NCBI GenBank assembly: GCA_045126355.1
Contig: JBGVOE010000058.1
Location: 9,121 to 33,120, forward strand
DNA from: Anaeroplasmataceae bacterium
GTDB taxonomy: Bacteria > Bacillota_I > Bacilli_A > Acholeplasmatales > Anaeroplasmataceae
Direction of reading: 5' to 3'
Length of the DNA: 24,000 nucleotides
Part shown: one piece after another, positions 9,346 through 17,265 of the stretch
How positions within the stretch are numbered: the first letter of the stretch is position 1
Layout of the letters: each line of letters begins with the position of its first letter
The notes under the pieces: model-generated
Seen by the model: only the letters and a program-made list of their open reading frames with translations
What the model was told of the DNA's origin: nothing
The model's database searches: none
Translations under genes and position numbers: made by a program

Positions 9346-10204
9346 TCTTATTTGTAATTTGAATGTATGTATTTAGTACGGTATGATTATCAAATGAACT
9401 AAATTTGAGATTGATAATGTAAATGTATAAAACCAAAAATTTAAAATACAATTTATAAAAATCATTCCCATATGAATTTAGCTTATCTTCTATCTCTTTA
9501 AACCACATACCTTCTATATCATCTAAAGATACATAAAGTTTAGCGTAATCAGAAACAAATATGCCAGTATAACCATTATCAAAACTAATTAATTTCTTTT
9601 GAATAAAATGATTTAAATTTAAATTACCATGATTTAGGGCATATATACAGTTTCCATGATTATCTAAATATTTATGTATTTTTCTTTGCATTGGATACAT
9701 TATTTTTTTAACATTTAATAGTATGTTATATTTACTTAAAATTATCCAATCAAAATCTGTTTTAACTACTCTTTCCTCGCATTCTCTCACAAGCATTTCA
9801 AGCGTTTGAAAAATACGGTCTAAATTCTTATAAATCCTATAAAAATATTTAAAATTTAAATCATTTAATCGCACAGTAAAGCCAGTTTTCTTATGTAATT
9901 CATGTACACAATCAATTAAATCAAAAATCTTTTTCTCACTTGGATATTCATAAAAATTAACATAATTATATATAAAATAAACATCATTTTCAAAACTAAA
10001 TTTCTTTATTGGATATAAGACATTACCAACCTTTTGACTAGCTAAAAAATCATAGATATTTTTAGTTTTTTTATTTACTTTTTTTAATATTAATTTACCC
10101 TCTTTAAATGATAGAAGCGTAACTAAATTAGTTAACGCTTCTTGTTTTTCTATTTTAAAATTAAACGCTTCTTCAATCTTAATAATAAACTCAATCTTTA
10201 TCAT
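9308..10204 (-). CDS. CotS/YsxE-like kinase-fold protein (aminoglycoside-phosphotransferase superfamily) with catalytic Asp replaced by Asn
   Basis: 298 aa whose layout matches the CotS/YutH/YsxE family. There is an N-lobe Lys candidate (LILKK), an LxxLH block (DCVHELHKKTGF), a catalytic-loop equivalent ALNHGNLNLNHF where the family has HGDxxxxN, and a metal-binding equivalent ISFDNGYTG. The start overlaps the upstream stop by 14 nt (ATGATAAAGATTGA). Confidence 0.6.
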   Translation of the reverse strand: MIKIEFIIKIEEAFNFKIEKQEALTNLVTLLSFKEGKLILKKVNKKTKNIYDFLASQKVGNVLYPIKKFSFENDVYFIYNYVNFYEYPSEKKIFDLIDCVHELHKKTGFTVRLNDLNFKYFYRIYKNLDRIFQTLEMLVRECEERVVKTDFDWIILSKYNILLNVKKIMYPMQRKIHKYLDNHGNCIYALNHGNLNLNHFIQKKLISFDNGYTGIFVSDYAKLYVSLDDIEGMWFKEIEDKLNSYGNDFYKLYFKFLVLYIYIINLKFSSFDNHTVLNTYIQITNKINRFLTLTSNYQ

Positions 10205-10811
10205 AAACTATCACTTTATTATTATTCTTTTTTGCATCGTATAAATAATTTATTGATAAGTTATATTTCGCACTTATTTTATCTAAAGAACTATCATCTA
10301 ATGTAATTATTTTATATTTTGCATACTCACTTTTTAGATTGCCAAATAAAGATTCATCCCTAGATTCGCTAGAATTAATTATAACTGGATTTATTTCATC
10401 ATCTAACTCTTCTATCACTTCTTCTATAAGTTCTTCTCTTTGTTTTTCTAATTTTACTTCCATTTCTAACTGATAATTTTCTTTTATTTCATCTTTTATC
10501 TCATCAATTATAATAGTTTCAATATCTAAAGATATATCTAATTCAATCCCTTTATCTTTTATAATTTCTACATCAATTTTATTAATTTTAGCACTTAATT
10601 GCTCTGTTAATGTAGTATTAAGATCGATTGTGAAATCAAATTCTTTTTCTATTTCATTTAAAGATTTATCTAGATATTTTAAAGAGACTTCTAACATATA
10701 TTTTTCAAATTCAACTGTTGATTCTAAATGGATTAATTGATATGAAAAATCATTTATATTGGAAATATCTTCTATCTTATAAAACTTCTTTTCATTTACT
10801 ACGTATTTCAT
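10191..10811 (-). CDS. Short SpoVID-like protein: N-terminal domain, acidic linker, C-terminal LysM-like motif
   Basis: I prefer ATG 10811 (MKYVVNEKKF...) because SD GGTGAT sits 4 nt upstream. The track's ATG at 10823 lies upstream of that SD. The E/D-rich central segment is IDEIKDEIKENYQLEMEVKLEKQREELIEEVIEELDDEI. The C-terminus YKIITLDDSSLDKISAKYNLSINYLYD fits the LysM pattern (Y-x-h-x3-D/G-D-S/T-L-x2-I-A-x-K-Y-x-h-s-x3-L). The assignment rests on architecture and synteny, not measured similarity. Confidence 0.5.
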   Translation of the reverse strand: MKYVVNEKKFYKIEDISNINDFSYQLIHLESTVEFEKYMLEVSLKYLDKSLNEIEKEFDFTIDLNTTLTEQLSAKINKIDVEIIKDKGIELDISLDIETIIIDEIKDEIKENYQLEMEVKLEKQREELIEEVIEELDDEINPVIINSSESRDESLFGNLKSEYAKYKIITLDDSSLDKISAKYNLSINYLYDAKKNNNKVIVYDKD

Positions 10812-10828
10812 AAATATCACCATAATAT

Positions 10829-10860
10829 AATATGAAAAAATATATTAAAATATGAAAAAA
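10829..10860. repeat. Two exact 12-bp direct repeats (AATATGAAAAAA on plus, TTTTTTCATATT on minus) spaced 20 bp
   Basis: Copies lie at 10829-10840 and 10849-10860, between the 10853-10879 terminator and the SpoVID-like start. The repeat is exact, but it is low-complexity sequence. Confidence 0.6.
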
Positions 10861-10879
10861 AACTGATGGTTTTCATCAG
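10853..10879 (-). terminator. Intrinsic terminator ending the ABC-to-engB unit
   Basis: On the minus strand, stem CTGATG / CATCAG with loop AAAAC is followed by eight U residues. It starts 4 nt after the stop of the 105-aa membrane protein. Confidence 0.7.
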
Positions 10880-10882
10880 GTT

Positions 10883-11200
10883 CTAATCATCATCTTCATC
10901 AATAATTTCTACTTCATCTTTAGGTTTTGAAGTAAAAATCGCAACAACAGGAATAGTTAAAAATATTATCCATCCTGGATGCCAAAGTCCAAAAGCAATT
11001 CCTATAAAAATGTAGATAACACAGCAAAGAAATGAATAAACATTTTCAATTCTTTTAACACCAAGTATTACTGGCATAAGTGGTATAAGGAAAAATATAC
11101 ACCATCCTGGATGCCATAATCCAAGGCAAAATCCTAATAATAAGAAAGTAATTAAACATAAAATAGGTGTAGCAGCAATAATTTTTTTCTTAGTATCCAT
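10883..11200 (-). CDS. Small integral membrane protein with internal tandem duplication (2 x GLWHPGW hairpin) and acidic tail
   Basis: 105 aa. SD GAGGAGGAA lies inside the end of engB, 2 nt from the engB stop. Two 44-residue units each carry G-x3-GLWHPGW-x-IF-x2-IP. The C-terminus is EVEIIDEDDD. I recognise no family. Confidence 0.7.
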   Translation of the reverse strand: MDTKKKIIAATPILCLITFLLLGFCLGLWHPGWCIFFLIPLMPVILGVKRIENVYSFLCCVIYIFIGIAFGLWHPGWIIFLTIPVVAIFTSKPKDEVEIIDEDDD

Positions 11201-11202
11201 CT

Positions 11203-11796
11203 TTATTCCTCCTCACTAATACTTGCTTCAATCACTTCTAAAGTTTCTAAAATTCCTTTTTTAGACTCACTTGAAGTCGCAATAAAGATATCTTCTTCTC
11301 TTAAATTTAATTTAGCATAAATAGCTTTTTTATTTTTTACTAATTCGCTATTTTTTAACTTGTCCATTTTTGTAGCAATAACACAAACCTTAATATTATA
11401 TGCTTTTAAAAATTCATACATTAAACAGTCATCGGCAGTTGGTTCATGACGATAATCAACTAATAAGAAGGCTCTTTTTAAAGTTTCTCTTTTCATTAAA
11501 TATTCTTCAATCATCTTACCAAACGATTCTTTCATACTTTTACTAACTTTAGCGTATCCATAACCAGGAACGTCTACTAAGTAAAAGTTTTTATTTACTA
11601 AAAAGAAATTAACAGTTTGAGTTTTACCAGGATTACTTGAAGTTCTAGCTAATGACTTACGATTAACTAAGGCATTGATAAATGAACTTTTCCCAACATT
11701 ACTTCTTCCACAAAATAAAACTTCAGGAAGTCCATCAGTTGGAAAATGAGCAATCTTAGTACCGCTAGTAATAAATTCAGCGCTTGTAATTTTCAT
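11203..11796 (-). CDS. engB: Ribosome-biogenesis GTPase EngB (YsxC/YihA)
   Basis: 197 aa with G1 GRSNVGKSSFINAL, G3 DVPGYGYA and G4 TKMDK. SD AGGAGTGA lies upstream. Confidence 0.93.
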   Translation of the reverse strand: MKITSAEFITSGTKIAHFPTDGLPEVLFCGRSNVGKSSFINALVNRKSLARTSSNPGKTQTVNFFLVNKNFYLVDVPGYGYAKVSKSMKESFGKMIEEYLMKRETLKRAFLLVDYRHEPTADDCLMYEFLKAYNIKVCVIATKMDKLKNSELVKNKKAIYAKLNLREEDIFIATSSESKKGILETLEVIEASISEEE

Positions 11797-11798
11797 TT

Positions 11799-12617
11799 TT
11801 ATTTCACTCCTAATCGATTAAGGAAATTAGTTAAATCTTTTCCTTCTAAAACATTATAAGCTAAATCTTCATGAGAATAGTCAATAATTCCGTGATAATC
11901 TGACCCAGCTGTAATAATCATGCCACGTTTAGCACAAATTTCTCTAAATAATTTTTCATCCATAGCTTTATTTTTAGGATAAATCGCTTCTAGTCCATCG
12001 ACATTTTCGTTAATAAGTTCTAACACATCATTTTTCTTAAGTAATACAGGATGTGCAATAACAACTATAGCGCCATTTTCTTTTAAGAATTTAACTCCAT
12101 CAGCTGTTTGTAATTTAGTAGATGAAATATATCCAGGGCATCCTTCTCTTAAATAATTTTTAAAGATTGTTTCTTTTTCGTATTCTGGATTACTTAAAGC
12201 TATCTCACGAATTAAGTGAGCTCTAGTAATTGTCCCAATTGGTTTCATTAATCTTTCATAATTAATTTTAAAACCGTATAAAGTTTCCATGTTTTTAGCC
12301 ATGTTAAAAATGCGTTCGCGTCGGAATTTATGTTGTTCTTTGGAAAAATCTTTAATAGCTTGTGGAATTTGATTAGGAAAATATCCTAATACATGCACAC
12401 TTTCACCGTTATGTTCTGTTGAAAGTTCAATGCCAGGAATAACCTTAATGTTAATTTCCTTACCGTATTCTATCGCCTCACTAACACCTTCTGTTGAATC
12501 ATGGTCAGTAATCGCAATAATATCTAACCTTTTACTTTTTGCATAATCTAATAATTTTTTAATAGTTAATGTACCATCAGAATATACTGAATGCATATGT
12601 AAATCCGCTCTTAACAT
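11799..12617 (-). CDS. PHP-domain phosphoesterase (TrpH/YciV, COG0613-like)
   Basis: Start moved to ATG 12617 (MLRADLHMHSVYSDG...), which has a strong SD GGAGGTG 4 nt upstream. The track's 14-codon extension (MCTTYYCTNNRRCI) lies upstream of that SD. PHP metal-binding motifs are HMHSVYSDG, ITDHDS, IELST and GSDYHG. Confidence 0.85.
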   Translation of the reverse strand: MLRADLHMHSVYSDGTLTIKKLLDYAKSKRLDIIAITDHDSTEGVSEAIEYGKEINIKVIPGIELSTEHNGESVHVLGYFPNQIPQAIKDFSKEQHKFRRERIFNMAKNMETLYGFKINYERLMKPIGTITRAHLIREIALSNPEYEKETIFKNYLREGCPGYISSTKLQTADGVKFLKENGAIVVIAHPVLLKKNDVLELINENVDGLEAIYPKNKAMDEKLFREICAKRGMIITAGSDYHGIIDYSHEDLAYNVLEGKDLTNFLNRLGVK

Positions 12618-14191
12618 AATACACCTCCGATTATTTGTGCAATAATATGTAGTGCACATTTTATACCATCAAGGGCACTTGAAGTAATACCACCAGCGTA
12701 ACCCGCACCTTCACCAATCGGATAAACACCTTTGATATTTGACTCAAAATTTTCTCGAATAATTCTAACTGGACTACTAGAACGAGATTCAACAATTGTT
12801 AATATTGCATCTGGATCTAAGAATCCCTTTATTTTTTTATCAATTTCAATTATACCACCTTTTAAACCATCAATGATAAAATCTGGTAGTATTCCTTTAA
12901 ATGAAGCAAAAACAGTTTTATTAGGATAAGTTGGTTTAATACTTCTAAAACCATCTGCTACTTCATCAGCTAAAAACTCTTTAACTAAATTACATGGAGC
13001 TTTATATGAATTAGTTAACTCATAACAAGCTTTTTCAATTTTTTCTTGGAAATATAGGCCATCTAATGGACTATTAAGGTAAAAATCTTCCACTCTAACA
13101 TTAACTAATAAAGCACTATTGGCGTTAACTCCATCTCTTGCTTCATAGCTCATACCATTTGTAACAATAGTATTTTTACTTGAAGAACTTGCTACTACAT
13201 ATCCACCAGGACACATACAGAATGTATAAACATCTCTTGTAGGTAAGTGTACTGCTGCTTTATATGAGGCTGCATCATGAATATTAGAATTAAATCCATA
13301 CTGAATATTATTAATATCCTTTTGTAAATGTTCTATTCTTGCACCCATACTAAATGCCTTAGGTTCTAATAGAAAACCATTTTTATATAACATTTCATAA
13401 GTATCTTTAGCTGAATGACCAATACCTAAAATGATATAAGGTGAACTAAATTCATACTCAATCCCATTAGAGGTAGCTTTTAAATAATTATTTTTTACAT
13501 CAACAACTTTATAGTTAAAATAAAATTCTCCACCTAAATTTATAATTGCTTGACGCATATTTTTCATACATATACGTAATTTATCAGTTCCTACATGTGG
13601 TAAATTATCATAATAAACACTTTCTTTTGCACCAAACTCCACAAAAGTCTTTAAGATAAACTTAATTCTTGGATCATTTAGATTTGTAGTAAGCTTTCCA
13701 TCAGAAAATGTTCCAGCTCCACCTTCACCAAAACAAATGTTACTACTTTCATTTAAGATATCTTCATTAAAGAATAATTTGATATCTAAGGCTCTCTCAT
13801 CAACCATCTTACCTTGTTCAAAGATAATTGGTTTTAAATTAGCTAAAGCTAAGATATAAGCACAAAACATTCCTGCTGGACCACTTCCAACAACAAGCGG
13901 TCTATCCTTAATATTTAACTTTTCAACATTAATTGAATCAGAATAAGTAGTATCAAATTTAACATGCTTATTATATAACTTTTGATTTTTTCTTTCTTCT
14001 ATATTTAGTTCTAAAACTACTTGGTAAATATAGAATGGGTCATTTTTAACTCTTAAATCTAATGATTTTTTTACTAATTTACCATCAATTATATTTTTAT
14101 TTTTAATCTTATACTTTGTATAAACATATTTTAAAATTTCTTGTTCAGTTAAATTTTCTTTTAATTTAATATCTAAAATAGTTACTTGCAT
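12611..14191 (-). CDS. FAD-dependent oxidoreductase of unknown function (COG2509-like)
   Basis: 526 aa. An N-terminal domain of about 90 aa precedes a dinucleotide-binding fold (VVGSGPAGMFCAYILA). The C-terminal IGEGAGYAGGITSSALDG block is typical of this family. The start overlaps the upstream stop by 10 nt. Confidence 0.8.
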   Translation of the reverse strand: MQVTILDIKLKENLTEQEILKYVYTKYKIKNKNIIDGKLVKKSLDLRVKNDPFYIYQVVLELNIEERKNQKLYNKHVKFDTTYSDSINVEKLNIKDRPLVVGSGPAGMFCAYILALANLKPIIFEQGKMVDERALDIKLFFNEDILNESSNICFGEGGAGTFSDGKLTTNLNDPRIKFILKTFVEFGAKESVYYDNLPHVGTDKLRICMKNMRQAIINLGGEFYFNYKVVDVKNNYLKATSNGIEYEFSSPYIILGIGHSAKDTYEMLYKNGFLLEPKAFSMGARIEHLQKDINNIQYGFNSNIHDAASYKAAVHLPTRDVYTFCMCPGGYVVASSSSKNTIVTNGMSYEARDGVNANSALLVNVRVEDFYLNSPLDGLYFQEKIEKACYELTNSYKAPCNLVKEFLADEVADGFRSIKPTYPNKTVFASFKGILPDFIIDGLKGGIIEIDKKIKGFLDPDAILTIVESRSSSPVRIIRENFESNIKGVYPIGEGAGYAGGITSSALDGIKCALHIIAQIIGGVLC

Positions 14192-15321
14192 ATTTTATCC
14201 GCCGCAATAAGTGCTGATGTAAAGGCATACCATAAGTTAAATCCACCACAAATACCAACTTGATCTGTAGCTTCACCTAAGATAAACATATTAGGTTTAT
14301 TTTTTACTTCAAATAATTCAAGTTCATCTAAAGCAATTCCACCCTTAGCTACATGGGCATTTGTAATCGGATAGGTGTTAGTAATAGTTAATTTAAAATC
14401 TTTAAATTGTTTTAAATAACTATCTAGAACATCCTCATCTAAAGTTGTTACTTTACTATTTGGATAACCTTTATTAAACATTCCTAATAACTTATTATTA
14501 ACTGAACCAAATAATAAATTATGAAGGTGAACATATGGGTCATTTTTAATTTTTCTATTAACAACCATCTTTAACATTTCAAATGAATAATCATCTAAAA
14601 AATCAAAAGACAGTATCTTATCTTTATCATAAAAGACACTCAAGTCCATTACACAAATACCACTAACACCATCTTCTTTAAACATCACTTCGCCTTTAGA
14701 AGAATGCTGTCCTAATTTAACAGTAGCATTTGCTCTTACTCCAAATAATGAAGAAATATCTTCTTTTACCTTAAAGCCAACTAAAGCAGGAGTAAATTTA
14801 TCCATTTTTAAATTTAAAGATTTTAACAATTCATCACTATAATTATTTATACTTGCATTAGTTCCAACACAAATTAAAACTTTATCATATAGTATTCCAT
14901 CAACTAAATACTTATCATTTTTTGTTTTAATATTAGTAATCTCTTTACTTAAAACCACATTTACTTTTTTGTAAAATAATTCTTTTGAAATAAGTTCAAC
15001 AACAGTAGCAGCTTGATTACTTTTTGGGTATATTCTTCCTTCTTCGACAGTTGTAAATAAACCTAAATAATGAAAGAATTCAAGCATACTATCTTTATAT
15101 CCAGCATCAAGCATTTCTTTAATAATAGATTGATGTTGATACTTATCGCAACTTATATCTACATTTGAAAGATTACATCTACCATTACCTGTAGTTGCAA
15201 CTTTTTTTAATAGCTTATTATTTTTCTCATAAATAGTAACATCTATTTGTGGGTTATTAACTTTTATTCTAAGTGCAGCAAAGCAACCGCTTGCTCCACC
15301 ACCAATAATTGCAACATTCAT
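14182..15321 (-). CDS. HI0933/YhiN-family flavoprotein (BaiN-like NAD(P)/FAD-dependent oxidoreductase)
   Basis: 379 aa. The N-terminal VAIIGGGASGCFAA, the family signature TGNGRCNLSN and the C-terminal GEATDQVGICGGFNL are all present. SD AAGGAGA lies upstream. Confidence 0.85.
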   Translation of the reverse strand: MNVAIIGGGASGCFAALRIKVNNPQIDVTIYEKNNKLLKKVATTGNGRCNLSNVDISCDKYQHQSIIKEMLDAGYKDSMLEFFHYLGLFTTVEEGRIYPKSNQAATVVELISKELFYKKVNVVLSKEITNIKTKNDKYLVDGILYDKVLICVGTNASINNYSDELLKSLNLKMDKFTPALVGFKVKEDISSLFGVRANATVKLGQHSSKGEVMFKEDGVSGICVMDLSVFYDKDKILSFDFLDDYSFEMLKMVVNRKIKNDPYVHLHNLLFGSVNNKLLGMFNKGYPNSKVTTLDEDVLDSYLKQFKDFKLTITNTYPITNAHVAKGGIALDELELFEVKNKPNMFILGEATDQVGICGGFNLWYAFTSALIAADKICK

Positions 15322-15338
15322 GGTAGATAATCTCCTTT

Positions 15339-16139
15339 TTAAGTAATATCAATTTTATTTTTAATTAAATAATAACTTCCGAAATAGAATCCAACTGTTC
15401 CTACTAACATCCAGAAGAATGATGAAAAATCAATAACTACAATATTTTCCAATAAGAAATCATAATCATTATACTGAATGAATTGGTATCCTAATTCTTC
15501 ACCATAAGTTAACGCGAATGGTAAAATACGAATATTCATAATATATGATACTGCGATAACAGCAATTACAAACACTAAAAATTTAGAACCTTTACTTTGT
15601 TTTTTGATATAACCACTATGTGAGAACGCATGACAGAATAAAATAAAACATAGTAAAAAGACAAAACCAATTAAAATTTGAATACTATAGATTGAGACTA
15701 AATCAAAATGTTTAAATAATTCTATAAACACATTACCTAATTCTCTAAAAGCTTCTGTAACTTCATCTAAAACCCCAAATCCAAACAATACAAACAAAAT
15801 ACCTACTAAAAATGAAACTATATATAAAGCAACATATATAAAGTTAACTAAAATTTTAGAAATTAAAATAGTATGTGTATTAATAGGTAATGTTAATGTT
15901 AAATAGCCACTTTGTGTAAACAGCCTTCCAGTTAGTGTTTTATGAATAGAAATATATGACATTATCGAACAAGCATACACACAAACAATCAGTGACAAAA
16001 GTCCTAATGTTAATAAAAATTCTAACTCTAATAATGCACCTATACAAAATAAAATAGATAAACCTACAATCATTCCGCAAATTGTTAAAGGCATTTGACA
16101 TGTATTTTTAAATTCGTGTGAAAAATATTTTCTAAACAT
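15339..16139 (-). CDS. ABC-transporter permease-like integral membrane protein
   Basis: Start moved to ATG 16139 (MFRKYFSHEF...), served by SD GGAGGTGA. The track start at 16148 is the GTG inside that SD. About 6 hydrophobic segments. It overlaps the preceding ATPase gene by 8 nt. Confidence 0.7.
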   Translation of the reverse strand: MFRKYFSHEFKNTCQMPLTICGMIVGLSILFCIGALLELEFLLTLGLLSLIVCVYACSIMSYISIHKTLTGRLFTQSGYLTLTLPINTHTILISKILVNFIYVALYIVSFLVGILFVLFGFGVLDEVTEAFRELGNVFIELFKHFDLVSIYSIQILIGFVFLLCFILFCHAFSHSGYIKKQSKGSKFLVFVIAVIAVSYIMNIRILPFALTYGEELGYQFIQYNDYDFLLENIVVIDFSSFFWMLVGTVGFYFGSYYLIKNKIDIT

Positions 16140-16857
16140 TAAAATCACCTCCTAGGAAATTAACTTTAAATACTTCTCTAAAGATTTGATCAATTGTTTT
16201 ATCAGGATATATTTCCTTTAAATTTTCTTTAGTGTTATCTAAGAAAACATTTCCTTCGTTAATAAAAATAACTCGATCAGTAATATCTTCAATATCGCTA
16301 ATAAGGTGTGTTGTTAAAATAACTGTAGCTCTTTTATCATAATTTTGCATAATTAAATTAAAAATCACATCTCTACTAGCTGGGTCAACTCCCGCAATTG
16401 GTTCATCAAATAAATACAATTTAGCACGACGAGATAAAACTAGGATAACTTGTAATTTTTCTTTATTACCTTTTGATAAAGCCTTAACCTTACTTTTTAA
16501 TTCGATATGAAATTTTTCCAATAAGTTTTTAGCTCTTTCGCTATCAAAATCATCATAAAACTTTTCAAATACTTTAATGCATTCTAAAACAGTCCACTTT
16601 TCTTCTAAATAGTTTACATCTGGTAAATAGGAAACTATTTTTTTAGTTTCAATACCTGGTTTGTGACCATCAATTAAAACTTCACCATTATAACGCATTA
16701 ATAGATTAGATAAGATTTTAATTAAAGTAGTTTTTCCACTACCATTTGGGCCAAATAAACCAACGATTTCTCCCTCATTAATCTCTAGGTTAATTCCTTT
16801 TAAAGCTTTATGCCCAAAATATGATTTTTCTAAATTCTTAATTTCAATAAAACTCAT
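16132..16857 (-). CDS. ABC transporter ATP-binding protein
   Basis: 241 aa with Walker A GPNGSGKTT, signature LSKGNKEKL, Walker B LYLFDEP and an H-loop (LTTH). Confidence 0.92.
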   Translation of the reverse strand: MSFIEIKNLEKSYFGHKALKGINLEINEGEIVGLFGPNGSGKTTLIKILSNLLMRYNGEVLIDGHKPGIETKKIVSYLPDVNYLEEKWTVLECIKVFEKFYDDFDSERAKNLLEKFHIELKSKVKALSKGNKEKLQVILVLSRRAKLYLFDEPIAGVDPASRDVIFNLIMQNYDKRATVILTTHLISDIEDITDRVIFINEGNVFLDNTKENLKEIYPDKTIDQIFREVFKVNFLGGDFNV

Positions 16858-16880
16858 AATTTCACGCTCCCTTTTTCTAA

Positions 16881-16910
16881 ATTATACCACATAAAAATAA
16901 AAAGACACAA
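16881..16910 (-). promoter_or_regulatory. Putative promoter of the ABC-to-engB unit (extended -10 TGgTATAAT)
   Basis: The minus strand has TGGTATAAT at 16889-16881, about 25 nt upstream of the ATPase ATG and followed by SD GGGAG. A weak -35 TTGTGT lies 18 nt upstream (16910-16905) and overlaps the rbfA terminator arm. Confidence 0.45.
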
Positions 16911-16922
16911 TAAAGTGTCTTT
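16901..16922 (-). terminator. Intrinsic terminator after rbfA
   Basis: Perfect 8-bp stem AAAGACAC / GTGTCTTT with a 6-nt loop. On the minus-strand RNA it is followed by UUAUUUUUAU. It starts 5 nt after the rbfA stop. Confidence 0.75.
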
Positions 16923-16926
16923 ATAT

Positions 16927-17265
16927 TTAATCATTTTTGTTTAATTTATTGATGATTTCGTTAATATGATTTCCGTATTCTAATGCTTCATCATATTTAA
17001 AAACAAGTTCAGGCATTTTTCTAGCTTTAACTCTACGTGCTAATTCACTGCGTAAAAATCCTTTAGCTTTATCTAAACTACCAACAATTTTTTCTTTTAA
17101 ATAGTCTGGAACTGTATAGTAAACAGTAGCATAAGATAGGTCATTTGTAACTCTAACTTCTGTAATTGTTACAGCAGTCAAATTAGCATCACGTGCTTCT
17201 CTAGAAAGTAAGATTGATAATTCTTTACTAAGCGTTTTAGCTAAACGTTCTACATTTAAACTCAT
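16927..17265 (-). CDS. rbfA: Ribosome-binding factor A
   Basis: 112 aa. The sequence RLAKTLSKELSILL...VTITEVRVTNDLSYATVYY...LRSELARRVKARKMPELVF is the typical RbfA pattern. The ATG overlaps the infB stop (TAATG). Confidence 0.93.
   Translation of the reverse strand: MSLNVERLAKTLSKELSILLSREARDANLTAVTITEVRVTNDLSYATVYYTVPDYLKEKIVGSLDKAKGFLRSELARRVKARKMPELVFKYDEALEYGNHINEIINKLNKND

Noticed and set aside
12732-12929. 65-aa plus-strand ORF
   Set aside because: It is antisense inside the COG2509-like flavoprotein CDS, with no SD and no recognisable motif.
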